A DNA stretch of 64,000 nucleotides, from positions 26,044,851-26,108,850 of the forward strand of contig CM119266.1 of the NCBI GenBank assembly GCA_051294375.1, written 5' to 3'. The first letter of the stretch is position 1; each line of letters opens with the position of its first letter. Below the pieces are notes generated by a model. That model was not told the origin of the DNA, ran no database searches, and saw only the letters and a list, made by a program, of their open reading frames with translations. The DNA comes from Paraspadella gotoi. Lineage: Eukaryota > Animalia > Chaetognatha. The translations under genes and the position numbers were made by a program. Of this stretch, positions 27,311 to 49,064 are shown piece by piece.

Positions 27311-28647
27311 ACTTGCACCTTTATATAAGTAAGAAGGCATTTCTTTGATTTAATTCATACTTATTCACATTTTCATAAGAAAGAAATATTTTGACTGGAG
27401 AAAGAGAGTTTAAATAGTACGGATTTAAATTTCTCTCTTATAATTGTTTTGCTTTACAATCAATGATAGATAACAATTTTAAACCACGTTATATTTGTAA
27501 ACTAAGCCTAACTAACTACGGCTCCCTTTAGGTCCCCTTTACGTCGCCTTCGTCGTCGTCGTCATCGTCGTCGAGCAAGAACCCGTCGAGTGTGGGAGTC
27601 ACTTCGGATCATCAGGTTTTCTTAATTGGGATCTAGAATTCTCTGCCGCCGGTCAGCTGATTCCAGCCGTTCAGCAAGGAATTCCGCCCGGTTTTATGAA
27701 AGTCACTTTGGATTTTGAAATTCGTACTTACGAGTTAAGAAGCTAGTGGGAGTCACGCTGGTTTTACCTTAATTAGGTTTAGTATTAACTTTGATGTCGA
27801 TATTCGTGTAATATCTTAGTCATAGTTAGTATTAGGTGTAGATAATTTCAATCCGTTATAGGAAAATGTTTAAATTAACGTAATTCGGTCGACTTTCAGA
27901 CTTACAAAGCGGATTTTTTTTTATCTTGTAGTTGTACACGAATGAATTTTCGTGGATGAATCTATGAAAAATTGTAAGATTACTAGTTTTACTAAATTAG
28001 ACGTTAAATTTTTAATATTTTATATTAAAATTTTAAAATAAATGTAAGAATTTAATAAATTTCACTATATATTCGATTTAATTATATTTTTATATAGAGT
28101 ATATTTTTTATAATGTAATGTTAGTGTTGTCTTCTGAAAATAGAGGGAGCATCTATAATTCTATACAACACAAATTTAATTTAATTAATTTGATTTAATT
28201 TATTTTAATTTTAATTTTTAATATTCTTACGTATTGAACAATTTCATGGCAAAGCTAATTCATCTAATAAAAAAGAAATTTAAAAATTGTTATTTTCTAC
28301 TCATTTTACTGTTCCAAAGACAAAGTTACTAAAATGCCGTCCTTGACATTTTTATCCGTCATTATACCAAATAGCTTCTCACAGATTCGCGTCTTCAGAA
28401 CTTTTCGTGGAAAAACAAAAAAACACGACCCCTCCCAAAATCGTTCCCGGGACTCGGGGCCACAACGATCCCGGAATAAGACCAGGAGACCAATTTTTTT
28501 TCCCCGCGGTTTTAAATTTAATTCCTCGATTCAAAGGGAAATTTTTTTTTAACGTTTGATCCGTTTTTCCCCCCAACATTTATTTTTCTTTTTTTTTTTA
28601 ATTTTGGTTTTTAATTTACTTCTTCCTTTTCCGCCGATACTGGTTTC

Positions 28648-28704
<57 letters not shown>

Positions 28705-28869
28705 CCTCTCTCTCCCTCTCCCAACTCCCCTCCCCGGCCCTCTCTCTCTCACTTTATCTTTTTCTTTCAATCGCACTCCCTCTCGTTTTCTCTCACAAAA
28801 AAAGGAAGTCGACTTTCTTTTTAATGATAAAACTTTTTTTTTCTTTTTGAGATTTTTTCTCCGTTTGAC

Positions 28870-36110
<7,241 letters not shown>

Positions 36111-39100
36111 CTTGAGAAAAACGTGAAGAAAAAAAAGTGATGGAATGTGAAAATTGAACGGGTGAGTGGGAGGAGAGGGAGGGGGGGATGTGAGAGGCGG
36201 AAGTTAGGGGGGGAAGAATGGTTTAGGTAGAGAGAGAGAAAGGAGAGATCTCGGAAGATGTAAAAAGGGGAGGGAAGATATAAGATGGATATTTGGAAAT
36301 AAGTGGGTTAAAGAGGTAAAATAGAAAAAGATGATTATCCGTAACGAAGTAAGTAGAAATACCCCGTGAGCCAAATCCAGTGACACGAAAGAAATCATTG
36401 CCGATGTTTACTGCTTCAAGATAAACGTAATGATTTTTTTTCCTTTTAAAACATGGGTATTTTAAAAAAAATATCATAACCAATACAACACTGCATCATT
36501 TTTTTTACAAAAAGAATCAAAGACAAGCAGAAGGAAGTAATGCAGTTGTTCTTGTCTTGCAAAAGAAATAAAACTTATTTGTAGTATAAAAACTTTGATT
36601 AGGTGAGAAACCGAATCATCTTTAAAAAAAATTTATTTTGCTTGATGAGGGATAATTTTTTCTATCAACGAGTTTGTCCCAACATGTTCAAAAGCCATTT
36701 TAAGCATGTTTTAAACTTATTTTAATCAATATTTTGGTCATTTCAAAAACGTCAATGATTTTTCTATCAAATGGAATAAAAATTTTTTTTTAATGATGGG
36801 TACTTCATGTGTCATTAGTTTTTACTTCTTATCAGTCGATTCGACTCACGGGGTAGAAACAAAAAACGTATACAATAAGGAGAAAATAAAAGAAGAAAAA
36901 AAAAAGGGTTTGGATATCAGAAGTAAAGACGGATACGTAATTTCTACGTTCATCAGTTGTTGAAAATATTCTTTTGTGTTTACAGCTTCGAGAAGCCTTT
37001 ATATTCTTGGCTTCGCTGGTTTTATTATATCCAAAAAAATGCAAGCATTTTCGTCGCATCGAGAGTCAACGTTTGACCAGGAGCAGAAGACAATCGCATG
37101 TTGTTGTGAACTACATCCTCCAGCTTTCCCCGCTGGGGGAATTTCAACAGATCGCACGTAAAAGGAAAAGGTTCGAATTGTTGGGGCGTTTGCCTCGAAG
37201 AGGGCAAATCGAAATTGGGGGGGGGGCAGGGTGGCAAAGTTTGATTTTTAAAAGGCCCGGTTGAGATAAAAGGGATCCCGACGATTAAATGTGAGGTCTA
37301 CAAATTTGCAGGGAGAAGGGGGAATGCCGGGGATGACATAAAAAAAAAAGGAAGCAGGGCAAATATAGTGCGGGGCGTTCGAAAAAAGGGCAAACTAAAG
37401 CGAGGGGCGTTCAAACAGAGGGAGGGGTGAGTAAAGGAGGGAAAAAAGGAAAGGATTTCTCGTCCTTGAATTAATAAGGAGAAAGGATAAACAAGTCCCG
37501 AGGAAGGAAATGACCCAAAAATTTTCTGGCGAAGGAGAAAAAATTTGGATTGGAACGGAGATCAAAAAAATATTTTCGTCAATAGAATTATAGATGCGGC
37601 TCGAATCGAGCGACGATACAACAGAGGGTCCTTGTTAATTGCGGTAATGAATGATAGTAAAATGGTAATAATCGATTCAAAGAATTCTTTCAGATCATTA
37701 TAAAAATAGACATATATTCGACGTTGAACTTAGTGTACAATGTACATGCACAGGTTCAATAAGAGGCCAAACTATAATGTTTTTTTGGAACGGTTCATCG
37801 TTTAGAAATATATTTTTTTTATATTTGATGAACAAAGAAACACATTGAAGATAATTAATGCATAATTACATTTCCGCTTTAGTTTGTAACCGAAATGAGA
37901 AAGAGGCCGGAGTCGTTGGACAGAAATTTGAATGAACCCATAACAGAAGAGGTTATCTTAGTTTTTAAAGCAGGGCTGTCTCCAGTTTATTATCGTTTGT
38001 TATTACATTCAACAGAATAATTTAATATTAAGCTGAAGAGGGAAAGAGAGAGCGACTGAGTGAGAGAAAGAAAGATAGTTTAAATAAAACATGATAAGGA
38101 ATCTGCTCGAGTTTTTCAGAGAGAGAGAGAGAAAAGAGAGAGTGAGAGAAGAGAATGAGAGACAGAGCCGGCATTTTTGGGTAAAGGGAAGAATTAACCT
38201 CAGAACGAAGTCGAGAAGCCCGCAGAAAGCGACGGGGGAGTGCCAGAGTGCCCGAAAACCGCCCTACGAACTCAAAGCCCGATGCCCGGATCGCCCGCAG
38301 CACGGATGAGCCGGAGAGGCATTGATCGTCAATCGGAGATGGTTGGCCCCAGATATCGTAGGAGAACATTCCGATTGATTATGGTTGACCGAGAATCCTT
38401 CCAGATATTCTATATCTTAGTATATCTAAACAAGTTTGTTATTAATGTTTCTCGTTTCTATTTGTGGAGATAGATGATTTCCTCGAGTCTCGCATTTCTC
38501 AGAATTGCCGTTTCCATTCGGACTAAATAGATATACCGCTCTCACCGTCGGGAACCGCACCCAAATAACATTCGAATAACGTTGCATTATTATTCAACTA
38601 CCGGTACTTTACTAAAAAGAAATTAGCGTTTTCTTTCGAATTACAATGTAACAATAAAATTGTGTTTCCCACGGAGCACTTGATTAACTATTTGTTTATC
38701 TACGTCACTGTAAGTGTAACTATCTTTCACTCGATCGAAGCATGAGATTCCCACGAATTTCTTTCCGTGTAAGTAATAGCGTATCTATGTTGTTTTGAAT
38801 CTCAAGCGCAATTAACTAGCATAACCTAATTCTATACTTAAAGTGTAAATATTCAACCAGGCAATATAATGTGGTTTTTTATTCAGGTCTTGACAGCAGA
38901 AGAGCGACCATTAAAATAATACGGGAAGAAAGGAAAGCAAAAAAAAAAAAAAAAACGATTATCAAGTTTTTAATTGTTCAGGTGGAATGTAAAATATTTC
39001 CCGGGATTACTTCTCGTACTACTAATTTAGTTGGACTCACACAGTCTTTCTCCTTTCGTCTCTTTTTTTCCGACATTAAATGGTTGGCAATTAAGACGCA

Positions 39101-42100
39101 ACAACGTTTCGCCCTCTCATCATCGCCGGTTTCGATAACGCCGCTGTCAGATCTCTCGAGATTTTCACATTTGGTACTCATGGGTAAATATTTGTAGTCA
39201 ACTTTGCACTAGTACGTTAAACCATGTATATGCAAGTAATTATTGTTATGTATTAGTGACAATCCACCATAGTTCTAACTAATTGGAAAATTACTTTATA
39301 AAAGAAAATCAATTTTCATCGACATTGAGTGTAACACATTCCAATTACCTTTCCGACTATCTCAGCACTGTGAGACCTCGATGTTGAGAAGACTACTATT
39401 TTATAGACATTTCTTCTGTCTTCATACTCACGATAAAAAAAAGCCGGTCGAAAACGATTTCTCTTCAATTTTTTTTTACTTTCAATTTTTTTAGTTTTAC
39501 TTTCTTTTTTTTTGTTATTTACATCTGCGGCCTTCTCTTGTCTCGTTCAGCGAGGTGAGTGACGTCACGGACACAATGGCGGACAAAGAGAGAGAGGGCG
39601 ATAAACATTATTCAATGTAAATTGGTTTAAAGAGTTCGGCGTCGTTCTCTCTTTCTTCCCACGTTGATCGGGGCCGATCGGGCCTCGTGAACTAAGTCCC
39701 AACCTTTTTTTTTTCCGAAATGAAAAAAAAAAAAAACTGCGCTATTCGTTCCCGAAATTAAAAACGAAAATAAATGTAATTGTTTCAAAATTCACTCTCT
39801 CGTAAAAATATTGAATGGTTAAGCTCCGGCGAAAGATAGGAGCAGAAAATAGAAAAACGGGTCTATGACAGAGGCCGGGCACTAGGAGGCCCTGCCGGGT
39901 CATCCCTTTTAGACGGCCGCCTCCTCGTCCTTCGGTCGACCCCTTTGAAGCTTAGTTCACGGCGCCCCGCCTCACGAGGGTTGAGGGGCGTCGCCAAAGG
40001 TTGTTGATCTTCGTTCTTGTATTCATTCATTCTTAATGCTCTCCCAATAGTTTTATTGTATCCATCGTGACCCAATTACAAGCTTTACTTCCATGTTTTG
40101 CATTTTACGATTTAGTCGAGGATAATTTTTAACTTTGAATTCCACCAAACGTTTCTCGAACCGTCAATGCGATTTTGAACCCAGATCAAGCAGCTTGCTC
40201 GATTTGCCCAACCCTTTAAGCATCGGTCGGCAAAAGTTTTTCCCTTATCGAAAATCTCCCACTCAGCCCCTTCAAAACGAGAGGTTTCTTTAAACTTTTC
40301 AAAATAACTATTGAAAAGTCGGTAGAACGTGGTTAAAAATTCATAAATAATGGATAATTTAGTGAAATAAAATGTGCAAGGGTATCGAGATTTCGAAAAA
40401 AATAAGCTGCGTTAAAACTTTTATACCAGTGTCCGAAATCCGCCATGTTCATTACCATACCGTAAGAAAAATGACAAGCTCTGAAAGCTTTTATTAAGTT
40501 AACAAAGAACGTATTGTCCAACAAGATTCAAGAATTACTAAAATATTTTAAAATACTCCCGAAAATTTAAAATTTACCTGTTATTTCAGTCATCTTAAAT
40601 TTAAATCACTCGGGAAGCCGTGTACAGTCTACAGTGTACAAAAAAGTCGAATTCTCGGATTACCCCCAGATTAAAAAAAAATCGTCTCAAGATTTTTCCC
40701 GGAGATTTTTTTCTTCAATGAAAAAGTTGTACGATCCTTTCTCTCCTTTTGGCGAAGATGAACGCAGCCCCGCAGGAAACCGCGCAGCCGCCTCCGCCGC
40801 TGCAGTAACATTCTCCGCAGCATCTCTGCCCCGACGGGGAATCCCAGGCGGCGCTGAAATGTTTGCCCGGGGAGAGAGAGAGAAACGATAAAGAAAAAGA
40901 AGAAAGAAACGAAGATCGCAGGGGTCGGCGCTGCAGGGCCCGGCGCGGCCGCAGCCGCAGGCACGGCCGCATCTCGCATTCTCATTCATAAATTCGCATT
41001 TCTCCAGGCTGCTGGGGGCCGAAGAAATCAGCTGGGTTTCAAAAATTATTTACGACGCAGTTTTGATTCTCATGGTATCTTTTGAAAGTTTGTCTGAAGT
41101 TTCTTTTCTTCTCTGGTTGGAGCGGCATGCGTGATAAAAGCACTCTTTCTTTCTCCCCACTTTGATCACTCTCTCTTCTTGTGAAGGAAAATATGCGGAA
41201 AAATAAATTCGAGGCCCGACTATCATTTACACGTCTCATCAATTTTGTTCTTGTTTATTTAACAATTTACGTGGTTACAATTTTTTGTCAACTTGAACCA
41301 GTTTAAGAAAAGTACAATTCGAGGTTTGTTTCGACTTGAATTATATTTGTTTGATAATTTTTTTTATTTAGACTTAGTTTGGGGTTCTGTAGTCTTTTTT
41401 TTAAAAATTACACATACACGTTTGACGTCAATTTCGAATGATATTGAAAACAAAAAACTAAGATATTTTAGATACAATTAATACAAGCTGGATATCATAT
41501 TTTCTAATCATTGAAAGTGTAATATATAATATATGTAATATGTATATACATCTTTAAGAAATGGGGAAACAAATCTTTAAATTATGATAGCGTTGATTTA
41601 AGGTTAACGAGAGCGAAATCAGTATTGTTTTAGATGACAATACGTGAGACAATCTTTCGTACATAAATATTTAAAAAATTAACATATCCTTCGCTACAGT
41701 TACCTCAGGAGTTTTTCAACCTTAGTTTCGTTCATTTACGCTTGGAAAGTCTTCAAGAGGTTTTATCTTTTTAAGTCTTTTCGCCTCTTGTCAAGAGTCT
41801 TGATAGATAAAATTTTTTCTCCGATTTCATATTTCATTATTTAGCTTTTTTTCATTCTCTGCTGGGGTCGCTCGGAGATCTTTCTCGGTTGAAATGTATT
41901 TTTTAAGGCTTGAAGTTTGATTATTTTTTAATTAATACAACTGCTCAATGGACGCATGAGTTACGAAACAGTCTAAGATCATGCTTCCGTGACTTTGTTA
42001 ACCTTAACAGTTGAGAGTTAAGAGAGTTGAGAGGTTCATAATTAGCAGTAATGTAAGGAATTCAAACGTTGTAAAGCACAACAAGCTGTACTAATGGTCC

Positions 42101-42264
42101 TCGACTTGAAGAAATAGCTTGAGCTTTTCTCTTCATTTTTCGCACCAATTTTTTTGAAAATCATCAATTTTAAAAAATTCTCATCGTGAATTCCGAATCC
42201 CGGGGCACATTCCTCAGTCGTCGACGTCGTCGTCGGCGGTCTCGCTTTTGTCATTTCTAAGGCG

Positions 42265-42324
<60 letters not shown>

Positions 42325-44843
42325 CCTTAACTAAAATATCGGTAAAATTTTAATTTTACCCTTAGATTTACATAAAGTACTGAGTTATAATACGTTTTGA
42401 ACTAAGCTATATGTTTGTTCGAATGAGCGTCGTGACCGTCTGAATACCAAAAATGTCCCTGATTATTTCAAGTAGGCAGTTAAAAATAAAAATCTTTTCA
42501 TATCACTAAATCTCTTGTTATGTAATGGCGACGAATAAAAGAACAAACTGCATCTGCTGGACCTTAAAAAAAAATGAAAATATAATTATTTCCAAAATAA
42601 AATTATTTACTATTAAGAAATATGTCAACATAGAAGATGATGATAGAAACTGAGACGTCGACCATAATAATATGACCCCATAATTAACAAGATGGTATAA
42701 CCTCAATGAGTTAGTAAGACTCATGATAGTATTAAAAACGAGGATAGTGGACTTGAATAGAATAATGATTAATGAAGATGACAATGAGGTCGATTGGATG
42801 ATGATTAAGACAACCTAAAGCAAGAGTTAAACTAATAAAACTAAAAAGGTTGACGATGATGAGGATGAAGAGTAAGGCGGAACAGGTTACAAACTAACAG
42901 AAGTCCGGTATAAATATTATTTATGTGTTTATTAAAGATCGTAAAATAATAAAAAGATTTATCTTAAATTTTATATTATCCAAATATTATAAAATTGGTA
43001 CAACCAATATAAAAATTATATAATATAATATTAAAAATGTTTTTTTTAATTTTTATTTTTTTAACGCATTCTGATAAAGCTTAACAAGTTAGATGATGGT
43101 TATTATTACAACTTTTTGAAATTTTAATGATTTATCTAGGAAAATTAATAAAAGTATAAAATTTAATGAATGATGATGATGATGATAATTTTTTAAGGTT
43201 TTTCAAATTTTACCCCATATATCATTAAAATTTTTAACATTTGTAGTACTCACCTTTATCTAACTTTTTAATCTTTTTCAGAATCCATTTAAAAAAAATT
43301 TTAATTTCTTAAAAAATGTTTTAAACATTTCTTATATATTGTTAAATATTAAAATGCTTCCAGGCACGAAGAAAATTAATTTAATCAAAATCTAACATCA
43401 TAAGTAAATTGGTTGTAAAAGGACAAAATAGCAGACTCTTCCATATTGTAAAAAAGTGTTAAATTCTGGCCCGCCTTAATGAAGACGACGACGACGACGA
43501 CGATCGTATTCCGGTGTCATTCTTTGGCGATATTTTGTCAAATCCCCTCATTTGTTTGAGGAGACGATACGAGAGGCGACGAGGGGGAAACGAGGGGGGA
43601 CGGGGGGAGGGGGAGGGGGCAGGCAACTAGACGCAAAAATATCTCGCAGAAAACCCAAAATATTTAGGGGTTTTTTTCTCTTTTTTTTTTTTTTTTTGCT
43701 CTTCTTATTTTCTAAGACCTGTTTTTTTTTATCTCCTGAAATTTATTGTTTAGTCAAAATAAGGATTTTTTGTAGGGGATTTGCATGAATTACTCATATT
43801 CATTGCAATGTCTTTACAGAGCTTACCTAGGTTATTTGGCCCTCGAACAATGTTACTTATTTATGCATTTATGAAAATAACCCAGACCTGCTTCTATTTT
43901 TAAAAAAAATGTTTATCGTTAACTCTTATTCACGCGGTGAATCTCGGGGCGAGACCCAAACGGAATTGCATTCCGCTATTTTAACCTTTCGTCGCGGATC
44001 CGAGAGCCGATCGTCGCGAATTTGTGAGCCGATCGGCGAAGACTCGCCAAAAAAAAATCAAACAAGCCCCGGATTTCGTTCCTTCAAATCAAAAGACTTA
44101 TTTTTCGGTGGAGGCCGAGGTTATCCTTGGGTGGCGTTAAAATTCTTTGGGTGAAGAAATTTTTCCAAGCCTGGAAAAAGAAAATAGAGAAAAAGTACTA
44201 TAATTTTTGACAAATCTGTGAATAATAATACCATATTCATTGAATATGGTATAAAGAAAAAATTGACATTTCAAAAATAGCTGTCAAATCAGTAAGATAA
44301 TATTAATATAAATAAAAAAAATATAGAATCAGATAAATTTAGTAGCGCGTCTAGAAGATTTTTCCCAAAAAGTAAAGAATGAAATTTATGCACTCACAAC
44401 TCGTGACACAAGGATCACAAGCAAAATTTCTGTTTAAGCAACTTTCTGTACTACAAATATAAAATATGATCTATGTTCTTGGTTGTTAAATGTATTTTGT
44501 ATGACAGTCGGAGATTTACTTCGTTTTTAAAACACACAGCATCCTAAATTGGAGTATGTCTTTCACAAGCCTTGGAAAAACACTTTTGTGAGTGGGCGTC
44601 ACTGCGTCAGACTTACCTGGTTCGAAACCCTAGGCCAGGGACTAGGAAGGAAAAAAGCCTTTCTTCGGGTAGAAGAAAAAAACCCTTACCTTCGGAAGGA
44701 TCGAACCGGCTTTCGTGGGATCCGAGAATTTCTTTCACAAAAAATACCGGAGCAGCCGAGTTTGATTTTCCGATCGACGGCGGCGGCGGCGCTGCTGCTG
44801 CTGAGCTAAAAAAATCAAGTTCCGGAGAGAGAAAGTGAGAGAG

Positions 44844-44885
<42 letters not shown>

Positions 44886-45158
44886 GGGAATGTTTTGGCA
44901 TTTCTTCATGCTTGGAGTTTTTTCTGGTTAAAACATTTTTTACCTAAAAAATCGAAAACCGAAACGATTCGTTTAAATCATATTGACAATGAAATAAAGA
45001 GCGGTTCATTGTTAAATCATCGTACAATTATATCTCCGTTCAATACTTTACTTTCACACACACACAGCTCGCTCTCAGACTCTCCTCCCACTGAACTGAG
45101 AAAAAGAAAAGAAAAATAAATTCCAATTTCTTCGGAGAAGAGGAACAAAGGCTATTCA

Positions 45159-45204
<46 letters not shown>

Positions 45205-45493
45205 CCCGGGATCTCGTCCCCAGGGCGGCTCCGTCGACGCCGAGAGGATTCCGCTAACGACGCCGACGCTGCCGGGTCACGTCGCCGACGCTGCCGATGC
45301 TGTCAATTTTTCTCCCGGCGCCGACCTACCTACCTACCTACCGACCTACCTTGATCTTCTCACGGGGTTCAAAATTTTGATTTTGGGAAAACAAGTTTTA
45401 GCAAACAATGCCGGATCTGCCCACGATCATTAGCGATAATTAATTAATTAATTAATTAACTAGTTAAGTAATTAATTCAATTAATGCGACATG

Positions 45494-45724
45494 TGAAGAG
45501 ACAGTAATTATTGATATGTGTTAGTGACACAAACGTTCATATATGCAGTCCTGAGCTTCGGATCAAGCTGTAACACCATGTTACAGGCGGGTTAAGGGCC
45601 CCGTCCCTCTTAACTGCTAGGCGGCCACCGGGCTAGAACCCCGGACCTTGGGTTGGGAGCGAATGATTTGCCTCCGGCCCAAAGGCCGCTGATGAACGGT
45701 TGGTGGATTTTAGTCCACCATACA
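45494..45724 (-). mobile_element. tRNA(Gly)-like SINE-type structured repeat, copy 2 (nested in a HINE-like element)
   Basis: Collinear with 23437-23678; tRNA-like part 45689-45621 with CCGGGGTTCTAGCCCGG T-arm. Confidence 0.7.
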
Positions 45725-45903
45725 TTCCCCTCCGTAGGGGAAGTCTGTTGCGTCTCTTCAGTGAATTGTGTTGGTGGAAAGTTCGTCACCAAGTTGAGGC
45801 ATGTCACCTGATGTGTTGTTGCGCGGAAAGTGCATCGCCAGGTTGAGGCATGTTACCTGAAAGTGTTGTTGTTGCTGTTGTGTTCGGAAGTCGGGCTCAC
45901 CAA

Positions 45904-46124
45904 TGAAGAGACAGTAATTATTGTTATGTGTTAGTGAACATAACCGTCAATATAAGCAGTCACTGAGCTTGGATCAGGCTGTAACACCATGTTACAGCGC
46001 CCCATCCCTCTTAACTCTAGGCAACCACCGGCTAGAACCCCGAACCTTTGGGTTGGGAGGCGAATGAATTGCCTCGGCACCAATGGCCGCTGTTGAGCGG
46101 TTGGTGGATTTTAGTCCACCATAC
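45904..46124 (-). mobile_element. tRNA(Gly)-like SINE-type structured repeat, copy 3
   Basis: Collinear with the other two copies; tRNA-like part 46090-46021; small internal deletion. Confidence 0.7.
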
Positions 46125-48007
46125 ATGTTTGTTTTTAGGTCTTTTCATCACAGACAACAACAAAAGGAAAGACGACGATGATGGCGATGACGACAATAAT
46201 GCCGATAACGATTAATTGATTGACTTGATTGATTGATTGATTAAATAATTAATTGATTGGTAAATAAATTGATTGATTGAATAATTAATTGATTAATTGA
46301 AAGATTAATTAATTATTTATTGATTAATAATTTAACTAATTGATTAGATCTTGCATTTAAATTTAATATGAAAAGAAAAAGAAGCATAATCAATTAGTGA
46401 AACAGTTTTTTGTTTTTTCCATTTAAACTCATTTCCACTCAGACGATTCCATCGAAACTTGATTTCCAGCATAATCACACACTTTCCTACCCACATGCAA
46501 AATTTCAAATCAAGCGCCCCATCCACTCATGAGTAATTGGTGTTAAAATCTAAAGGGGGACGGACAGACGGAAGGACAGACAGACGGACGAAAGGACGGA
46601 CGGACGGACATCGTTTTTTTGCATAATTTATTATAATTCGATGTTCTGACATGATTTAAGTCACATACCGACAAGCTTTTGGGGAAGGACCGACGGACCG
46701 ACAAAGTGAATTATAGAGCCGAGATCTGCTGTAAGCATATCCGGCTAATAAAAACTAAAAAAGCTAAAACGGCGAATTTCCCTTTTTTTATTTTACTTTT
46801 AAAAATATAATTGAATAAATAAATATTTGAAAAAATTGTCATTAAGTTTAGACGTTTAATTGTAAAATAACTTTTAAAAAATGTTAAATTCTACTTGATA
46901 CACGATGAAATATTCATAACCATACTTTTTCGCACTGAATAGTTAATAAGTATTATGAGGGATTTTGCTTAAATTATCGCCGCTCTCAAAGAACGCCGCT
47001 CCTTGAATCGCGTATTTAATCCGGTATTTTTTGACGCGAGGAATTTTGTCGTGTTTACCGTAACTATCGTTTCGTTATAAGCGATACCCATTTGAATTAT
47101 TCTCAGCAGTTTTTCTCTGTCTTTTTGTTGAAGTAAAAAAAAAAAGAAAAACAATATTTAAAACTCGGATCTTTTCCCTCCTTTTTCAATTTTTGACAGG
47201 AATTCGCAGTTTATTTCACAGAGAAAGAAAAAAAACGTTTTTAAATAAAATGAGAGAATCAGGTTTTCCTTCTCTTATATTATCGTCGTTTTTGTTCTTT
47301 TTAAGTCTTTGAGAAAAAAAATTGGAAAAAGGTTCGTTGAACTAAATGATAATGATAATGATCAATATCAAGCGTAAAAGCTTAGGTTTTTTTTTCCTGA
47401 TTTCTAATATTATTACTTATTCTTTTGAATTAATTTTTTTAAATTTTTTTTAATTTGTTTTTCACTCGGTTTTGTGTTGAATCCGCGTTGGGAAATTCGT
47501 CGTCGGTCCGAAAACGATCGTGGGAAAAGGTAAGGGATCGACTAAATTGTAATCTATGCTGCAAATACGATTTTAATCCTCGTCCCTCGCAGCTTTAAAA
47601 GACGCAGTCACGGCCGAGGTATCGCTATCGTTTCCTATTACCTTGGGCATTTTTAAATTTAATTTAAATTACATAGTACACGTGTACATGAGAACCGACA
47701 TACATAGGTTTAATTTTTACTTTCTATGCTAGATCTGTACTGATCTGTACTGCCCCCAACATTAATAAACATGAATATTATAAATAACTCCTTTTTGTCG
47801 CTTAACAACAATAGGGTAATTTCATTCACATCAGGTTTTCACCTTGCTTGAGTGAATTCGGCGGAACCCTGTTTGACGACGACTTCTCTGTTGCCGGGTC
47901 GGGGTTCACTCCGAATAGGGGAATCGTTAGACAGCTTCTTTGTAGGTCGAGTGGAGACTGAAGAAGGTTAAATTCTGTCAGAGAGAAGTGTGTGTGAGAG
48001 AAGAGAG

Positions 48008-48079
<72 letters not shown>

Positions 48080-48564
48080 GATATGATGCAACAAACTGAT
48101 ACCATGTGCCTTGTGCAAAAATGCAAGTTAACAAACATTTTTTGTCATTTCCCTTAAATGAAGGTCAAACGATTGAACGAGTTTATTATTAGACTTCGGC
48201 TCTTTTGGTAATATAGCCGGCGTATCTAGGAAAAAAGTTTTCTCTTCGTTTTATTTCGGCGATCCCTCTAATAAATATGACAAACATTCTCTCCCTGTCT
48301 GTGCAGATTTACCTCTCTTTCGTTTTCTCTCTTTTTCTCTTTCTCTCTCTCTCTCTCTTTGTCTTTTTAGCCGTGCCTCAGAAATGTATATCCCTTTTAT
48401 TTTTGTTTATCTTCTGAACCGAGCGCGAATTTCGCGGAACCCTTCATAATTTTGGCCAAGAATTTATTGTTAAATTGATGATGTTTGTTCGAGAAGATTT
48501 CAAACTGTGAGCAGCCGAAAAAGAGATAGAAAAAAAATTCGAATTCCTTCCCAAAAAACTTCAC

Positions 48565-48599
<35 letters not shown>

Positions 48600-48606
48600 T
48601 CTCTCT

Positions 48607-48652
<46 letters not shown>

Positions 48653-48976
48653 TCCCAATCGAAATAATTCCTTTCCGAGAATTTTATCTCATTCTCAGAT
48701 CTCGTCAGTGAACCAAGCAAATAGTTTGTTTTGTTTTTTTATTTATTTCTTTTATTTTCATTTCATTTCTGTCGAGCGAATTCTTATTCGCAGTTTGTGT
48801 ATTCTTGTACACTGTTAAACAGTGTCGCCATCTCGACGAACTTGTTTATCAGACGTCGCTCGAAGATTCCTCAAACGATCCTTTCATTAATTCGTTACCC
48901 GATAATCTCCGTTTTACCCCAGAAACGAATAATTTTTTTAAACTTTTTTTTTTTAATCCGATGATAATTTCTTTCT

Positions 48977-49064
48977 ATGTCGCACTTAAGATCGTTCGGA
49001 ACTAAATTAGGATTGGGACTCAGCACCAGCAGCGTTGGACTCTATTACTATTTTTGTTTAAAAG
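48977..49064 (+). CDS. Putative first exon of the Cys-rich gene (MSHLRSFGTKLGLGLSTSSVGLYYYFCLK-G)
   Basis: ATG, open frame and AAA G|GTTACG donor in phase with the next exon (G+GT CGT). Basic/hydroxylated start without acidic residues, then a Gly-rich hydrophobic stretch ending YYYF. Confidence 0.6.

Larger units (their letters stand above)
45388..46748 (-). mobile_element. DINE-1/HINE-like element, copy 2 (carries nested tRNA-like repeats)
   Basis: Reverse complement matches both ends and the body of 26575-27310 (GTTTCGATGGAATCGTCTGAGTGGAAATGAGTTTAAATGG; TAATGATCGTGGGCAGATCCG). Interrupted at ~45490-46200. Confidence 0.7.

Noticed and set aside
37130-37560. Purine-rich stretch with many short homopolymer runs (similar texture at ~3560-3800, 13538-13690, 14560-14790, 44620-44760)
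   Set aside because: No coherent frame or repeat family; resembles low-quality sequence next to homopolymers or gaps.
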